This document shows positions 50,676 to 64,000 of a stretch of DNA of 64,000 nucleotides, piece after piece. The position numbers and the translations under genes are program-made. Each line of letters begins with the position of its first letter. The stretch's first letter is position 1. Source of the stretch: Octopus vulgaris (taxonomy: Eukaryota); the NCBI GenBank assembly GCA_951406725.2, contig OX597823.1, positions 108,066,001 through 108,130,000 on the forward strand. The letters run 5' to 3'. The notes below the pieces were generated by a model. It was not told the DNA's origin. It made no database searches and saw only the letters and a program-made list of their open reading frames with translations.

Positions 50676-51491
50676 CATTATTCAGTTATTCAGAAAGAGC
50701 CGGTTTCTAACCTAGATCCAAGGCTCGCTCCTTCACTGGAATTTCAACATCAGTAACAAGATATTTTTGTTTGTATGTGTGTATGTATATGTGCAGATTT
50801 GTATGTTTTGTTTTATGTATGTATTATTTTGCATATACTTGCATATCTAGATATGCTCATATATATTTAAATGATAAACTTCTGGAAAGTTTTACACATT
50901 TTTACAGTTCCAGTGATGGACTGGATCTGTAGACTTCGGATTAGCCTTATCCTTTCTGGTTTTGAGAAACCTAATTTATCAACATTGGTATTTAGACAGT
51001 GTGTTACATATCCCAGAGCCTCAATAATTACAGGTATAAACCTGAACTTGTAGTCTGGATATAGTAACTGCATATTTCTCAATAGTTTAGCGTAGGTATT
51101 CTCTTTTTCGCTGATCTTCAACTTAATGTTAACATCCGCTTGGCCGCTAGTTTCCACTACTATACGCAGTTTCTCTTCTCTATCCCAAATCCTTATATCA
51201 GGTCTGTTGTGCTTACATTTTATTAAGATCTTCACTGGGAAATTCCACCAGTCCTCTTTTTTATTATGAGTGGCAATAGCTTCTACAATACTGTGGGTTT
51301 TTATTTCTTTGTCCTCGGGGTTATCCCTCCGACGGATTTCCTTATAGAGTGTCCTAGCTACCTCAAGTCTCAGCGGTAGATAATACCGTGATGACATTTT
51401 TGGACAACTGCTTATGATGAGGGTGATATCTTTGGTGTTAACTCCACAAAGTCTGCATCAGTTGTCACATTTTACTGTTTTTCCTGCATCT
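50676..51491 (-). mobile_element. R4/Dong-like non-LTR retrotransposon 3' end (CCHC knuckle, restriction-like endonuclease, 3'UTR)
   Basis: The minus strand gives CRLCGVNTKDITLIISSCPK upstream of and in frame with ORF 50867-51397, which contains KHNRPDIRIWD...VVE...K.SEKE.TY (PD-D/E-xK type RLE). Confidence 0.85.
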
Positions 51492-51494
51492 CAT

Positions 51495-51560
51495 GTATGT
51501 ATGTATGTATGTATGTATGTATGTATGTATGTATGTATGTATGTATGTATGTATGTATGG
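51495..51560. repeat. (TATG)n microsatellite
   Basis: Direct reading. Confidence 0.95.
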
Positions 51561-51917
51561 ATAGATGGATAGATGTGTACGCATGCATGTATGTGTGTGT
51601 GTGTGTGTGTGTGTTATATGCGTTGACAGCCAAACAGACAGATGGTTGCTCTTATCAAAAAATATTATCAAACATCTTTATTTAAGGTTTCTGAATATTA
51701 GTAAAATATAGGAATTACTCCGACCCAGCAGATGTATTCTTTCACTCAAAGTTCTTCTCAAAAATTTTCCTCCAAATTTCTTTTAAAATCAAAGCTGCTA
51801 AATAAGATATGAAAAAGAAATCAGGTTTTTATTTCTATTTTGCAAGTACACAGGTGGAGATCGTTAATCAAATCTATTTCCTTATGTTTATATTTTTGTA
51901 AGTTTTTATTTTTAAAT

Positions 51918-52120
51918 ATGTATGTATGTGGTGTATGTATGTATGTATGTATGTATGTATGTATGTATGTATGTATGTATGTATGTACGTATGTACGTAT
52001 GTATGTATGTATGTATGTATGTATGTATGTATGTATGTATGTATGTATGTGTATGTATGTATGTATGTATGTATGTATGTATGTATGTATGTATGTATGT
52101 ATGTACGTATGTATGTATGT
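51918..52120. repeat. (TATG)n microsatellite
   Basis: Direct reading. Confidence 0.97.
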
Positions 52121-52734
52121 AAAATGACGTATTTCGAAGAAGTTTTGTGAAAATTCACCTGCTGAACCGTGATAAATTGAACGGCAGATGAAGTAATCTT
52201 TAATTGAGGAAGAGAAGTGAGCCTTCTGTTTGCCGAATTTATGATAAGTGGATGAAATTCGATGTACAAGATAAAAGTCTGGAAGATTTTGTTCGACTTA
52301 AAGAAGTGCAATGGCGATATGGTATCAAAATATTCGTTAATCTTGTACTTTCTTAATGTTGGTGCCTGTGTAGAGGTGTAGACGACTGGAAGGTCCTTAT
52401 CTGACGTAAAACAACATCAGCTTCACACACAATGACACGCACATACGTATATACGTGTAATAGAAGTGCAGAGATATTTGTGTACATGTATCAGTGTGTA
52501 TGAATATGCAGTCGTACGTATTTGTGTATGTGTGTGCATGAGTGTGTATGTGTGTGTGTAATGCGAAATAGTCGTGACTGGCTGCGGATTGCTTCGTGTG
52601 ATTATGTATTAATTACATAATACATTTATCAGACCATTTTGGAGCTAATAAACAAAGAGTCTTCCTTCTTCGTGAAAGACGGTAGAACACTTCCGTTCAT
52701 ATATGTGTGTGTGTGTGTGTGCGCGCGTGTGTGC

Positions 52735-52772
<38 letters not shown>

Positions 52773-53063
52773 CGAATGAGCATACATGCCTACACTTATA
52801 TATGGATGAAGACAAGTTTCAATACAAATAACCTTTTCAGGATTCAATCTCGGATGTATGTGTCTGTGATCAGGGGCAGCACTATCTCGAAGATGGAAGC
52901 AGTTTTGTATTGTAGTGGACACCTGGTCTTTCTAATGAGTTAATAACAGTTGCTGGAAAGTGAAGCATTTCGTATCACTTGAAGAGGAAAGCCAGTTTCT
53001 GAGATGCAGTATTAATTATATTGAGGTTGCGCAGTCTCTAGGACAGTTCTTCCGTGATATTCC

Positions 53064-53246
53064 TGTCTACGATGGGCGCAAGGCCTGAAATTTTGGTGGA
53101 AGGTGCTAGTTAATTACATCGATCGCACTGCTTGACTGGTATTTATTTTAACGACCCCGAAGGGATGAAAAGGCAAAGTCGACCGCGGTAGAATTTGCCG
53201 CTAAGCATTTTGTACGGCGTTCTAACGATTCTGCTTTCTCACCGCT
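53064..53246 (-). mobile_element. SINE A, older copy with alternative tail
   Basis: Contains caaggcctgaaatttt...cgaccccgaagggatgaaaaggcaaagtcgac...ccgctaagcatt. Confidence 0.8.
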
Positions 53247-53823
53247 TTGGATCTTCGATGATATGAACGGCCTTTAGACTTCTTTCCAGTTACGAACTTT
53301 TCCTGTGGGATGTTGTACGATTTGTGGGTAGTGACTGTCAGTTGATGCCGTTCAAAGGGACAAAATTGACCAGTTTTCACTGGTGGGTAGGTCATCCCTG
53401 TACATCTGCTCTTCTGAAAGCCGTAGTGATGGTCATTAAGGAGAGCGAGAGATATCCAAAGTGATAGAGAAGATGGTTAATGACTGGGATGTCACCGCAT
53501 AAATACACCCATCCAACCACATATATAAATCAATCAACCAACAGGGAGGAAAAGAGGGGCAGGGAGAAAGACTACTGGCTTATCTTTAATCTTTCGTCTT
53601 ATTTCAGTCATTCGACTTCAGCCATGCTGGAGCACCGCCTTCAAGGGCTTAGTACAACTAATCGACTCTAGTACTTATTATTTTATATGTGGTATTTGTT
53701 CTGTTGGTTTCTTTTGCTGTGCCTGAAATAATCAGCCGCAGTGTGACGCGTGCAAAGAGATGAATAAATTGTAGAGAGGGTAGCAACGATGAAAAAAAGA
53801 AAAGAATGCTGGTACTACTATCT

Positions 53824-53865
<42 letters not shown>

Positions 53866-53918
53866 CACGACCACCACCGCCGCCGCCGATGCCGTCGCTG
53901 CCACCGCTGCTGCTGCTG

Positions 53919-53949
<31 letters not shown>

Positions 53950-54724
53950 AGAAAACATACAAACTACACTGTGAACAAGGAATCTCTAAGTAGTCCTTCA
54001 GTCTGTTAGAAATGGCAGCCAAAATCTTCGACGCACCACTTCAAATATTTCTAAAACACAACCCTCCTGCAACACACAGCACAACACAATTCCTTTTCAA
54101 CTAACAACATCGAATCTCCAACACCCAACACGTTTACACACACACACACACACACACATACACACACAGAGAAGACTCAACCATTTTAGTTTCTCAAACA
54201 AACCCTGTTGTTCCTGACCCCTTTTTCAACGTACATAGCTGACCTCCTGACCTATTTTCCACATATAAGTATAACATCATTGCTTGACAACACAGTTTGT
54301 TGACAAGAACGTCATTTACACATTCGGGCACCGAACACAATGGACAGCTAGAAGCGGTTACTATACACAGCCACACCTGCCGTACACACTGTTCACGACT
54401 CAAGCATAAATTAATATTTGAAAGCTCAATATAACCAAACCAGTATACTCCCTAACCTTTTTTTTTATCCCCTGCCCACTTTATAAACATAGAAAAACAC
54501 CCCACAATTCTAGGAACGGCACATATGTACCCTAATAAAAAAAATGATACCAATTATCCTTTTTATCCTTCTTATATGTAATGGAACAAAGTCGAGTAAA
54601 AACATTTCGAAATCTTTAACATTCACCACTTAAACGCACATATTTTAAACATTTATCATCACGCAGTTTTCGACAAAAACACACACACACACACACATAC
54701 ATACATACATACATACATATATTT

Positions 54725-55320
54725 GTTTTTATTACCCACAAGGGGCTAAACACCGCGGGAGACAAACAAAGACAGACAAAAGGATTAAGTCGATTACATC
54801 GACCCCAGTGCGTAACTAGTACTTAATTTATCGACCCCGAAAGGATGGAATGCAAAGTTGACCTCGGCGGAATTTGAACTCAGAACGTAACGGCAGGCGA
54901 AATACCTATTTCTTTATTACCCACAAGGGGCTAAGCATAGAGGGGACAAACAAGGACAGACATAGGTATTAAGTCGATTACATCGACCCAGTGCGAAACT
55001 GGTACTTTATTTATCGACCCCGAAAGGATGAAAGGCAAAGTCGATCTCGGCGGAATTTGAACCCAGAACGTAACGGCAGGCGAAATACCTATTTCTTTAT
55101 TACCCACAAGGGGCTAAACATAGAGGGGACAAGCCAGGACAGACAAACGGATTAAGTCGATTACATCGACCCCAGGGCGTAACTGGTACTTAATTTATCG
55201 ACCCCGAAAGGATGGAATGCAAAGTCGACCTCGGCGGAATTTGAACTCAGAACGTATCGGCAGACGAAATACCGCTAAGCATTTCCCCTGGTGGGCTAAC
55301 GATTCTGCCAGCTCGCCGCC
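54725..55320 (-). mobile_element. SINE A, head plus three tandem bodies
   Basis: Period 183 bp; junction cgaaatacctatttctttattac at about 54898 and 55081. Confidence 0.92.
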
Positions 55321-56099
55321 TCTATACATGCATACATATATACATACATACTTGCATAATACATACATGCATACGTATACACAAATATATTTGAATTAAA
55401 GCAGAACTGTACACTACCACATTCCTCCGGTGGTTATACGATGACCACCAACGTAAAGTGCATTCGATGGTACCTCTTTCCATCGTATGACCTGCTAGAA
55501 TTGGCAGTGAAATCTCCTCTCAAGCCACAAGCTGTAAATCTTAAAAATAAACGAAGGCCACACTAGATAATGTGACCGTGGATGCAATACATTTGGAAAA
55601 TAATAGGGAATGGCCACAGCTGGAACGCTGCTGATCGTAGATTTGCTCGATCAGAGTTGACCACCATCACCACCACGAACAACAACAACAACATTACAAT
55701 GGAAACCTACAAGAATGCTCGATAAAATTTATGCCAAATTTAAACTACATTTGGGGCTAAAATATGACGAATAATATCGAAGAATATAAGATTGCAATTT
55801 CAAGTTTTCTAAGTTCTTCGTCTTTTGATTGCTTTTACTTTATCGCCATGATGCCAGGTGAAGGCTGCTTTTGAGGTGGAGTTTTAAAAACAGCTCGAAA
55901 CTATTTCGGAGAACAGTCGAGTAGGGAAAGTGAAAACTGAAAATTTTTTCACCTTATCGAAAAATTCTGGTCATTTTAATATAAGAAAATCGGAGTCTCG
56001 GCTTCCTGAGACGGAAATAAAGTCTCTGCTTACCGAGAAATTCGCGACACAATGCCGAAGTCTCATCTTATTAAAAGATTCTTGTAATTCTAAAACAGA

Positions 56100-56450
56100 C
56101 GCAGGAGTGGCCGTGTGGTAGTAGCTTGCTTACCAACCACATGATTCCGGGTTCAGTCCCACTGCGTGGCACCTTGGGCCAGTGTCTTCTACTATAGCCT
56201 CGGGCCGACCAAAGCCTTGTAAGTGGATTTGGTAGGCGGAAACTGAAAGAAGCCCGTCGTATATATATATATGTGTGTGTGTATATGTTTGTGTGTCTGT
56301 GTTTGTCCCCCTGTACAACCGATGGTGGTCTGTTTACGTCGGCAAAAGAAACCGATAGAATAAGTACTAGGCTTACAAAGAATAAGTCCTAGGGTCGATT
56401 TGCTCGACTAAAGGCGGTGCTCCAGCATGGCTGCAGTCAAGTAAAAGAGT
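56100..56450 (+). mobile_element. SINE B with possible TSD
   Basis: Family B sequence with taaaacaga at 56091-56099 and 56450-56458. Confidence 0.9.
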
Positions 56451-57859
56451 AAAACAGAAACTCAAAGATCCAGCACACTGACAAATTCTCGAATTCCCGA
56501 TAAACTCTGACTATTCTATGACAAAGTTTAAAATAACTTTATTTCTTTATGTGACATTGAAATAGAATTTATCTTCATGGAAATATTATTATTCAGCGAG
56601 TTAGGGTTACATACCAGATTCAACACTACATTATTTATATTGGCGGTACAATTATTATTGCAGTATTTAAACAAATTTACCTATGATCATCAAGATTTTC
56701 GATAAACGTCCTTGTTAAAAAAGACTGAGTCTGAGTTTTCTTGAGCTACAGTTCTTACAATAAAATCTGTTAATTTCAACCAGGTTTAGGGAAATAAACA
56801 CAACTTTTTAGGCTTCAATATACAAATTTCAGTGAAAAAGGTAGAAGTTAACAGTTTTAACCGATCGATAATACCATGGAGCTGATGACAAGGAAAGTTC
56901 TACGAAAGAAACCAACTTAAAAAATGTTGGCAGCCGGAATATTTTTTTGCAAGAATATTCAATATTCCATGCTGCATCTGCAATATCAATGTTGTTGTAA
57001 CCATTCCGGTTACTTAATTGGTTGCGTGATGAAATCTGTCTCTTTGACAGAAAATCTAGGGAAACGTCAATGAAATGTTATCGATATTTCTCTCATATCA
57101 AAAGATAGCATTATAGAACAACAGTGTTAAAGACTGTGCTTACAGCTTTTGAATGGCACTTGGTGTTACTCATAAATTAACCAATAAAGAATAATATTAC
57201 AAACGAAAGCGCGAAATACATGCTGTCGTTGATTAAGAAAATAACATCAGGCGAGTTGGAAATGAGCTATAAAATAAAATTAAAAGCTTAAACTAAAATA
57301 ATGATTCGTGTTTTATGTCATCTGCTGTAAGCCAGAAGTTTTGGCGCCGCATACACTTCACAGACTGAGTAGTTTTGAGAACTGAACGCCATATAATCAT
57401 TTAGTTAATTATTATATAATTGTAGAACATATAGGTTAATTAATCATAAATATATATATACTACATACCTAACAGTATACAAGAATATTTATATAATAGA
57501 CTCTTTTATTCTTATAGTGGCCTTAATATTTGAATTGCGGTCATGCTGAGAAGGGGCAGCTCCTTTAAGAAATTTGGTCAATTATTTCGACTACAGTACT
57601 TTATTTCGTACATATTTTTATCGATTTCGTGAAGGACGAAAGCTAAGTCCATCTTGGGGTATTCTCAGGTTAAATACCACAAGGTATTCATCACAAATTT
57701 TTTGACCGGACAAATATATTTCGTACGCCTATTTCATACGCAAAAGCGAGATTAATATGATTCTGTAAGTGTCCACAGAATGAAAATAAATGGTTTATCT
57801 AAACTTAGAATATTTCGATTAATGTGAAAATCCCATCTGTGAAATGACATAACATTTCC

Positions 57860-58072
57860 TTCTTTCTAATTTTGGCACGAAACCAGAAATTTTGAGGAAA
57901 GGGACAAGTCAATTACATTGCCCCTAGTACTCAGCTGGTACTTATTTTATCGGCCCCACAAGAATGAAAAGCAAAATCGACCTCAGCAGAATTTGCATTC
58001 AGAATGTAAAGACGGAAGTAATATCGCCAAGTATTTTGCCCAGCATGTTAACGATTCTGCTAGCTCGCCTTC
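57860..58072 (-). mobile_element. SINE A, older copy with alternative tail
   Basis: Collinear diverged match ending ctgctagctcgcc. Confidence 0.8.
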
Positions 58073-58375
58073 CTAAAATGACAAAGGTTTGATGACAAAA
58101 CATTTCAATATTCAGGGGACTTTCATTGGCTGGAACATTCCATTTTATCAAAACACCCATTAAAATATTTGGAAATCAAATCTCGTGCGATTTTTCTTCA
58201 GAGTTTACCCAAGCTACACATATCAACATACCAGCGTATATTTAACAATATGGCTGACTTTAACAATCATGTTTATTTCATAGAAACAAAAGAGAATCCC
58301 CAAAGTTATTTCTATGGAATTGTTAATTTAGTCGAAACCTTCCAAGATTTGAGGAATCAGTAATATATCTTTCAG

Positions 58376-58586
<211 letters not shown>

Positions 58587-59891
58587 CTGTGTGTGTATGT
58601 GTGTATGTGAATGTATAAAGTAGTATGACCTCCCAAAAAATTTAATGATTTAAATTATTACAAGGGTTCAAGTAAATGTTTTCTTGTGTGTTTAACATAA
58701 TTCTCTTATGAATATTATCCTGTACTGATGTTCCTACTGAGTTTTGAACGATCGCTCTCAGATTTTCCTTGCCCCGGACCACGACACATCGTATCACCAT
58801 GAAAAGCAATGTGTCACCATCAATGGCATTAACGCCTCCGCGAATATGGCTCGACTGATTAGCTCTGGCTGATTTATTATAGTCGATGCAGCAAACTTCA
58901 AAAGAAGCAGCCGAGTTTTCCCTCCAAATAGCTTGATCGAAGGTTCTGGGAAATTTGGCTTACAGTTGTAAAAATATGGCGAAGTTAACCTCAAACTAGA
59001 TAACCATGCTCCTCAGAATTCGGCACTTTGCACAGTGAGTTGATCTGTCGCTCCTTTTCCCCTTGTCTTACTTGACAATCCCTTGTCGCTTTCGACAAAA
59101 GATATTAACTGAGCTGTTGCATCGAATCACTCACACATTGCTTATACAGAGTAGTTTAAATCTATCTCCTTATTTGATATTTTATAACTAACAGCTACTT
59201 TCATAATATCAAGCATGCTGCATTTCAAGAGATTCCTAGCTATTATGTTTGTTGTTTCATGAACGTTCTTCTATTAAATTATTTATAAGAACAGATGTGA
59301 ATATAAACAACACGGATTATAAATAATATATAAATATATTAGAACTCAAATACGTATCAGTGCGGTCATTCTTTTCTTCACACGCAGCCTACTTAATATT
59401 GTAAACTATCAATGAAGAATTAATTAATGTACGTAGCTTCTCCTATGTGTAACATCGCAGGATCTACTTTTTTTTATCTGCTCTATTGAAGCCCTGATTT
59501 TCTATAACTGGTTCAGGGATCAATATTCCTCTCCATGTCATCACGTACTGCTGGGTTTGCACACAGCCTGTTATTTGGTACTAATCATTAGTAAGATCTC
59601 TCAAGGATCCATCTCTGAGTACAGCATCTTGCCGGGTGACGGCAGTGTAGACGTTTCCTTATTTATAACAGGTTATATAACATCTGGAACGCGTTGTGCT
59701 ATTGATCATTTTCCGTTCCTACCAAACTAGAGGCTGCCGCTAGTTGACAGTCTGTACACCAATCATACACTTCACAACAAATATTACCAAATATAGGACT
59801 AACAATTATTCCTCATTACATATGAAATAAAATAGTATAAATACTCCAAATATTGAGTTCTGTTCCTTCAGTTTATATAACACATCATATG

Positions 59892-59932
<41 letters not shown>

Positions 59933-59934
<2 letters not shown>

Positions 59935-60243
59935 AGGCGCAATGGCCCAGTGGTTAGGACAGCGGATTCGCCGTTGCAGGATATCGAGGTTTCGATTCCC
60001 AGACCGGGCGTTGTGAGTGTTTATTGAGCGAAAACACCTAAAGCTCCACGAGGATCCAGCAGGGGGTGGTGGCGATCCCTGCTGTACTCTTTCTCCACAA
60101 CTTTCTCTCACTCTTTCTTCTGTTGGCCTGCTCGCCTAGCCAGCGGGGTGGCGTCATTTGAAGGCTAAAACAATGCGAAACGCATTGTGACCAGCGATGT
60201 GAAACAACATCTGATAGCCTGGCCGGTCACGGTGATCACGATG

Positions 60244-60245
<2 letters not shown>
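59933..60245 (+). mobile_element. SINE C (copy 2)
   Basis: Homologous to 27094-27381. Confidence 0.9.
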
Positions 60246-60321
<76 letters not shown>

Positions 60322-60700
60322 GTCTTTTATCTTTTACTTGCTCCAGTCATTAGACTGCGTCCATGTTGGGACAACGCCTTGAAGAATTTTAGTCGAAAAA
60401 ATCGACCCCAGTACTTATTTTTAAAAGCCTGTTACTTATTCTGTCGGTCTATTTGGTCGAACTACAAAATTACGGGGACGTAAACACACCAACACCGGTT
60501 GTCAGATAGTGGTGGAAGACAAACGCAAGCACAAAGACGCACATGGGTTTCGTCTACCAAACCCACTCAGAAGGCTTTGGTCTGGCCGAGACTAGTGGAA
60601 AACACTTACCCTCAGAGCCACGCAGTAGGACTGTACCCGGAACTAACCGGAACTAAGTGGTCGGCAACCAAAATTCTTACCACACACCCGTCCTGCGCCT
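60322..60700 (-). mobile_element. SINE B, diverged copy
   Basis: Contains ttacggggacgtaaacacacc, cgtctaccaaacccactc and aacacttaccc. Confidence 0.75.
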
Positions 60701-61073
60701 ACATGCGCGCGCACGCGTACACACACGTATATATATAGAAAGAGAAAGATATATATACATATATATATTGGAAGGTTTGGAGATGATGTACAGGTATTTT
60801 ATATAAGAAGAAATGAGGTACTCAGGAAATCGGATGGTTTTATATTTACAGATATTTATTTGTATATTACATGTTTTTATAGATCATATAACTTAGATCA
60901 TGTATTAGCGTTTTCTCCCATTCTAGTGGGGTTTTCAAATCAAACTAAGTTCCTGTGTGAAAAGTTTTGACCATTTTATAGTGTTTTTGAGTTTGTAGTG
61001 GTGGGGAGGAATATAAGACAGTACAAGAGGGTGATGGATGAGGAGAAAGTGAGAGAGAGAGCATGTGTGTGTG

Positions 61074-61137
<64 letters not shown>

Positions 61138-61346
61138 TCTTTTATTTGTTTCGGTCATTTGACTGCAGCTATGCTGGAGCACCGCCTTTAGTCGAAGAAA
61201 TCGATCCGAGGACTTATTCTTTGTAAGCCTAGTACTTATTCTATCGGTCTCTTAGGCCGAACCGGTAAGTTACGGGGACGTAACCACATCAACATCGGTT
61301 GTTAAGCGATGGTAGGAGGCACAAACGTAGAGAAACAAACATATAC

Positions 61347-61412
<66 letters not shown>

Positions 61413-61522
61413 CGGGCTTCTTTCAGTTTCTGTTTACCAAATTTACTCACAAGGCTTTGGTGGGCCAGAAGTTATAGTAGAAGATACTTGCCCAAGGTGT
61501 CATGCAGTGGGAATGAACCAAG
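61138..61522 (-). mobile_element. SINE B with an expanded internal (TA)n
   Basis: Family B flanks surround about 70 bp of TA at 61340-61410. Confidence 0.85.
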
Positions 61523-62394
61523 CAAGCTGTATATATACATACTTAGTTTTAAAAATTGAATTTCTTCTGTGTGTGCGTGCGTGGGCATGTGTGTGTATAC
61601 GCACGTATGTAGGTGTGTGTATATAGTTTTATATATGTACACCTACACGCAAAACAAACAACAATGCCCTTTACACTTCCGATTCCCAATTTAAAAATTG
61701 TTTATCCCATCCTTCCAAACAACTAACCACATCCCATGCCCTCACCTACCTACCCACCCATGGCCATCCCTGACTGAGCTAATTCATTCCGATACTTAAC
61801 CGGCCTTCTCCACATCCTCCACCCCTCACGCCATCTGCTTTACCCTCTCCTAATTACATCTCCTTTTAAATAATTATATGTAGCTGCCCTTCCCCCCCTT
61901 TTCTCTTTGTAGCCCAGCAATTTCTCTGACGTTGTTAAGGGCTCTGTGTACTGTGTCACATATTTAACTCTTAATATATATTTTTTATTTGTCTTCTTGC
62001 TTGTTTACATTATATTTGTCTTTTGAACATTATCACAAAGTGCTAATCGCCCCTCAAAAGCATGTAAAATAGCCGTCGATAGTTTTTAAAATACCATTCT
62101 TTAATGAGCCCTCCTCATCTCCCCTTTCTTTTTCCATTCTCTCGTTTGAACAAAGAGAAAGGTTGGTCTGTTCGGGAAACGTGTTATACAAGTCAAATGA
62201 AAATTGGCTAGCAATTACAAACCTTGAATTTCATTTAATTTAGAGAGCAATTCTTGCATCCAAATTGGTCTTAATTTGATGGAATTTCGAGATGACTTTT
62301 TTCTGCACTTTGGCTATTTGCTAAATCTGACTAACAAAGTTTATTAAAATACCAACTGATTATTATCTGAGGGAGTGGGTTTAAATATATCTTT

Positions 62395-63092
<698 letters not shown>

Positions 63093-63093
<1 letters not shown>

Positions 63094-63215
63094 TGTTCAA
63101 AGGTGCAGAAAACAGGAGACAGAGACAGGTAAGGAGGGGAAAACAAGCAGGTGTATTAGTTTGACGCTTGTGAAAATGGAAAAGTCTTTGACGTTTCGAG
63201 CCTACACTCTTCGAC
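63093..63215 (-). mobile_element. Terminal module with hammerhead-like motif (copy 1)
   Basis: The minus strand reads tgtcgaagagtgtaggctcGAAACGTCaaagac. Homologous to 63740-63858. Confidence 0.6.
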
Positions 63216-63519
63216 ATCATCATTTTAACGTCCAGTTTTCCATGGCTGCATGCGTCAGACTGATTCTATTGATGCAGTTATACAACAGCTAATTTCGTTC
63301 CTGTGACCAATCCTTACTCGTTTTCAAACAAAGTAGTATTTTTTTCATGCTCAGGTATGTTTTCGCAGAATATTGGAAAGGAAAGACCTTAATTTACAAC
63401 ACTTTTACGATGTTAAGACAAGGAAACACAGACATACCCCCTCATACACCCACACATGCGTACATATATATAATTCAAAACAGTTTGATTAGTATTCCAT
63501 ACTACATCAAGTTTCGAAG

Positions 63520-63680
63520 CACGCCGTTAGCACGCCGGGCGAAATGCTTAGCAGTATTCCACCGAGGTCGACTTTGCCTTTCATCCTTTCGGGGTCGATA
63601 AATTAAGTACCAGTTGCGTACTAGTAATCGACCTGCGTCCCTCACTGAGCATTTCAGGCTTTGTGCATAGGGTTGAAAAT
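63520..63680 (+). mobile_element. SINE A, internally deleted copy
   Basis: cgttagcacgccgggcgaaatgcttagc...gaggtcgactttgcctttcatcctttcggggtcgataaattaagtacc. Confidence 0.85.
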
Positions 63681-63699
63681 ATGTCTCGGTAGCCACTAC

Positions 63700-63853
63700 A
63701 CATTTTTTCTCTCCTTGTTTTTGTTTCTGTGTCCCTTTCTGTAGAAGAGCGTAGGCTCGAAACGTAAAAGACTTTTTCAATTCCTGAGCATTATACTAAT
63801 ACATCGGTTTGTTTTGTACACCACCTGTCTTCGTCTTTTGTTTTCTTCGTAAA

Positions 63854-63858
<5 letters not shown>
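63700..63858 (+). mobile_element. Terminal module with hammerhead-like motif (copy 2)
   Basis: ctgtagaagagcgtaggctcGAAACGTAaaagac, ending at (TA)n. Confidence 0.6.
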
Positions 63859-63915
<57 letters not shown>

Positions 63916-64000
63916 GGTCTGACCACTAAGAAAAAATTGTTCTCAAGAAAAATCAGCAAACGCCAGAACATAAGCGAACAAGACAAATACTAGATTTCAT

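Overview
This is AT-rich, extremely microsatellite-dense eukaryotic DNA. No host protein-coding exon, rRNA, true tRNA or CRISPR array can be supported. The repeat content (three tRNA-derived SINE families, huge TA/TACA/TTA/GGT tracts) looks like intronic or intergenic DNA of an octopus-type cephalopod genome; that assignment is an inference from recognised repeats. Almost all long ORFs in the track are microsatellite artefacts. The real content is a layered set of transposon remnants: mariner elements, a Tc2/pogo-like MITE with a nested hAT MITE, a non-autonomous Helitron and a RepHel fossil, an RTE fragment, R4/Dong-like RLE-LINE fragments, Penelope-like elements and an unclassified long-TIR MITE. 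The most interesting observations are (i) an apparently intact minimal hammerhead ribozyme at 19282-19326 plus several degenerate hammerhead modules that all end on (TA)n, (ii) SINE concatemers with a fixed junction that suggest SINE-into-SINE homing, (iii) RLE-LINE fragments whose 5' junctions all abut (CATA)n, and (iv) a MITE whose TIRs carry octamer and CCAAT motifs.
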